A stretch of DNA of 64,000 bases from Eubacteriales bacterium (lineage in GTDB: Bacteria; Bacillota; Clostridia; Oscillospirales; Oscillospiraceae). Position 1 is the first letter of the stretch, and every line of letters begins with the position of its first letter. A program made the translations under genes and the position numbers. Of the stretch, positions 62,450-64,000 are shown piece by piece. The notes under the pieces are model-generated. The model ran no database searches and was not told the DNA's origin. It worked only from the letters and a program-made list of their open reading frames with translations. The DNA is taken from the NCBI GenBank assembly GCA_030531505.1, contig JAUNNH010000004.1, positions 71,584 through 135,583 of the forward strand. The letters are read 5' to 3'.

Positions 62450-64000
62450 ATGCCGATCACCGACACCACCGAAAAACGCTTTGAAATGGATATTGCTGAC
62501 TTCCTTCTGTCGCCTGCGGGAGGGTATACAGGAAACCATGACGCCTACGATCCCAAGCTGGGGCTGTTCCCGGAGACGCTGGTGCGTTTCGTGCAGAAGA
62601 CCCAGCCGAAGGAGTGGGCGCGCTTCGTCATGCAGAACAAGACGGAGCCGGAGCGGAAGTTCTGCCTCGCCTTCAACACCGCCTGTGATATGGACGGGCT
62701 GCTGCAGGTTCTGCGCCACGGCTTCAAGCACCGGGGCGTGAGCTTTCGCGTCTGCTATTTCCGGCCGGAGTCCAGCCTGAACCAGACAGCAGCGCAGCAG
62801 TACGCGGCCAATGAGATCACCTGCAACCGCCAGTGGTTCTATTCCGCCGACACCCACAACAGTGTGGACATGGTGCTGGCCGTCAACGGCATCCCGGTGT
62901 TCGCATTCGAGCTGAAAAACCAGTACACCGGTCAGACGGTGGACAACGCCAAGCGCCAGTGGATGTACGACCGCGACCCACGGGAGATCTGCTTCCAGTT
63001 CAACAAGCGCATTCTGGGCTACTTCTGCGTGGATCAGCTGGAGGTCTGGATGACCACGAAGCTGGCTGGGAAGGACACCTTTTTCCTGCCCTTCAATCAG
63101 GGTTCCAACGGTGCGGGCAACGACGGTGGAAAGGGAAATCCCGCCAATCCCGACGGCTATCCCACCGCCTACCTGTGGGAGCAGGTCTTCCAGAAGGACA
63201 GCATGATGGACATTCTGCAAAAGTTCATCCATTTGCAGATCGAAGAAGAAAAGAAACGTTTGCCGGATGGCTCGGAGCAGACAATCATTAAGAAAAAGCT
63301 GATCTTCCCGCGCTACCATCAGCTGGACGTGGTGCGCAAACTCCTGGCCGACGTGCGCGCAAACGGCGCGGGGCACAACTATCTGATTCAGCACTCCGCC
63401 GGTTCCGGCAAGTCCAACTCCATTGCCTGGACGGCCTACCGTCTGGCCTCTCTGCATGACGATGAAAACCGGCCGGTGTTCTCCAGCGTCATCGTGGTCA
63501 CCGATCGCACCGTGCTGGACGCCCAGCTGCAGGAGACCATCTCCGGCTTTGACCACACCCTCGGCGCGGTGGAGACCATCGGCGAGGACAAGACCTCCAA
63601 GGACCTCCGGGACGCTATTAACAACGGCATCCGCATCATCGTCACCACGCTGCAGAAGTTCCCGGTGATCTATCAGGAGGTGGATAAGGTCGCGGGCCGA
63701 AACTACGCCGTGATCGTGGACGAGGCCCATTCCTCCCAGACCGGTTCCTCGGCGCTGAAGCTCAAGGCAGCGCTGGCCGACACAGAAGAAGCCCTGCGCG
63801 AATACGCAGAGCTGGAGGGGAAAGAGGAAGAGGAGCTCGACCTGAACAACAAGCTGCTGCAGGAGATGCTGGTGCAGGGCAAGCACGCGAACCTCTCCTT
63901 CTTCGCCTTTACGGCCACGCCCAAGGCTCAGACGCTGGAGCTTTTCGGCACCGAGTGGGAGGACGGCAGCTTTCATCCCTTCCATGTGTACAGCATGCGG
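62450..64000 (+). CDS. hsdR: Type I R-M restriction subunit (3' end beyond window)
   Basis: The ATG at 62450 has a GAGGAGG SD. It is not in the ORF track because no stop occurs before the window end. My own translation gives the nuclease-domain motif FELKN and the helicase motifs HSAGSGKSNS (Walker A) and VIVDEAHSSQ (DEAH). Confidence 0.93.
   Translation, partial: MPITDTTEKRFEMDIADFLLSPAGGYTGNHDAYDPKLGLFPETLVRFVQKTQPKEWARFVMQNKTEPERKFCLAFNTACDMDGLLQVLRHGFKHRGVSFRVCYFRPESSLNQTAAQQYAANEITCNRQWFYSADTHNSVDMVLAVNGIPVFAFELKNQYTGQTVDNAKRQWMYDRDPREICFQFNKRILGYFCVDQLEVWMTTKLAGKDTFFLPFNQGSNGAGNDGGKGNPANPDGYPTAYLWEQVFQKDSMMDILQKFIHLQIEEEKKRLPDGSEQTIIKKKLIFPRYHQLDVVRKLLADVRANGAGHNYLIQHSAGSGKSNSIAWTAYRLASLHDDENRPVFSSVIVVTDRTVLDAQLQETISGFDHTLGAVETIGEDKTSKDLRDAINNGIRIIVTTLQKFPVIYQEVDKVAGRNYAVIVDEAHSSQTGSSALKLKAALADTEEALREYAELEGKEEEELDLNNKLLQEMLVQGKHANLSFFAFTATPKAQTLELFGTEWEDGSFHPFHVYSMR

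Larger units (their letters stand above)
48633..64000. mobile_element. integrative mobilizable element 2 (right end beyond window) carrying defence cargo
   Basis: Int, xis, DnaC-like, RepA_N, relaxase and MobC are followed by XRE-HEPN and the Type I R-M locus. It starts at the partial tRNA repeat. Confidence 0.7.

Noticed and set aside
62069-62469. Minus-strand ORFs encoding poly-Gly/Pro/Arg peptides (62069..62380 and 62242..62469).
   Set aside because: They are a translation artefact of the poly-C/poly-G tracts and the GC-rich repeat.

Overview
All calls were made by reading the sequence and the ORF track, using motif recall only; no database search was run. The window is GC-rich chromosomal DNA. 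It looks like a spore-forming Clostridia (Oscillospiraceae-like) genome, which I infer from composition, spoVAC and the gene families present.

Layout:
- 1-19.2 kb: a minus-strand sugar/pseudouridine catabolic cluster (UlaE-like epimerase, FGGY kinase, TIM-barrel isomerase, psuG, NUDIX), then GH5, AraC, a DAACS transporter, dapF, cell-envelope proteins, an acyltransferase/Zn-ribbon/esterase trio, and tRNA-Ser(GGA). Next to the tRNA sits an unusual 282-bp tRNA-Ser-derived structured element.
- 19.3-40.2 kb: spoVAC, LysR, an SNF transporter, hypF and an [FeFe] hydrogenase. These are followed by one long plus-strand operon: hypCDE, then a group-4 membrane-bound [NiFe] hydrogenase with an Mrp-antiporter module (Mbh type), with hypA embedded. 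Two tandem CNNM/TlyC paralogues close this block.
- 40.27 kb onward: initiator tRNA-fMet carries two integrative elements in tandem, delimited by a 45-nt direct repeat of the tRNA 3' half.
  - Element 1 (about 8.3 kb) has a satellite/PICI-like layout: int, cI-like, cro-like, xis, rep-like plus TGCCA-N3-TGGCA iterons, a terS-like HTH, a sigma-like activator, and AT-rich RHH/NYN cargo.
  - Element 2 is an integrative mobilizable element (int, xis, DnaC-like, RepA_N, relaxase, MobC). Its cargo is an XRE-HEPN pair and a Type I R-M operon (hsdM, hsdS, hsdR).

The R-M operon is the best candidate for an undescribed defence arrangement. It is interrupted by an AbiJ-like gene between M and S, and by a TIR-domain protein in the PrrC position between S and R. 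It also holds a repeat-flanked DUF559 cassette, an orphan hsdR 5' relic, and a poly-C/poly-G tract upstream of hsdR.

Many long ORFs in the track are antisense shadow ORFs typical of GC-rich DNA and were rejected.
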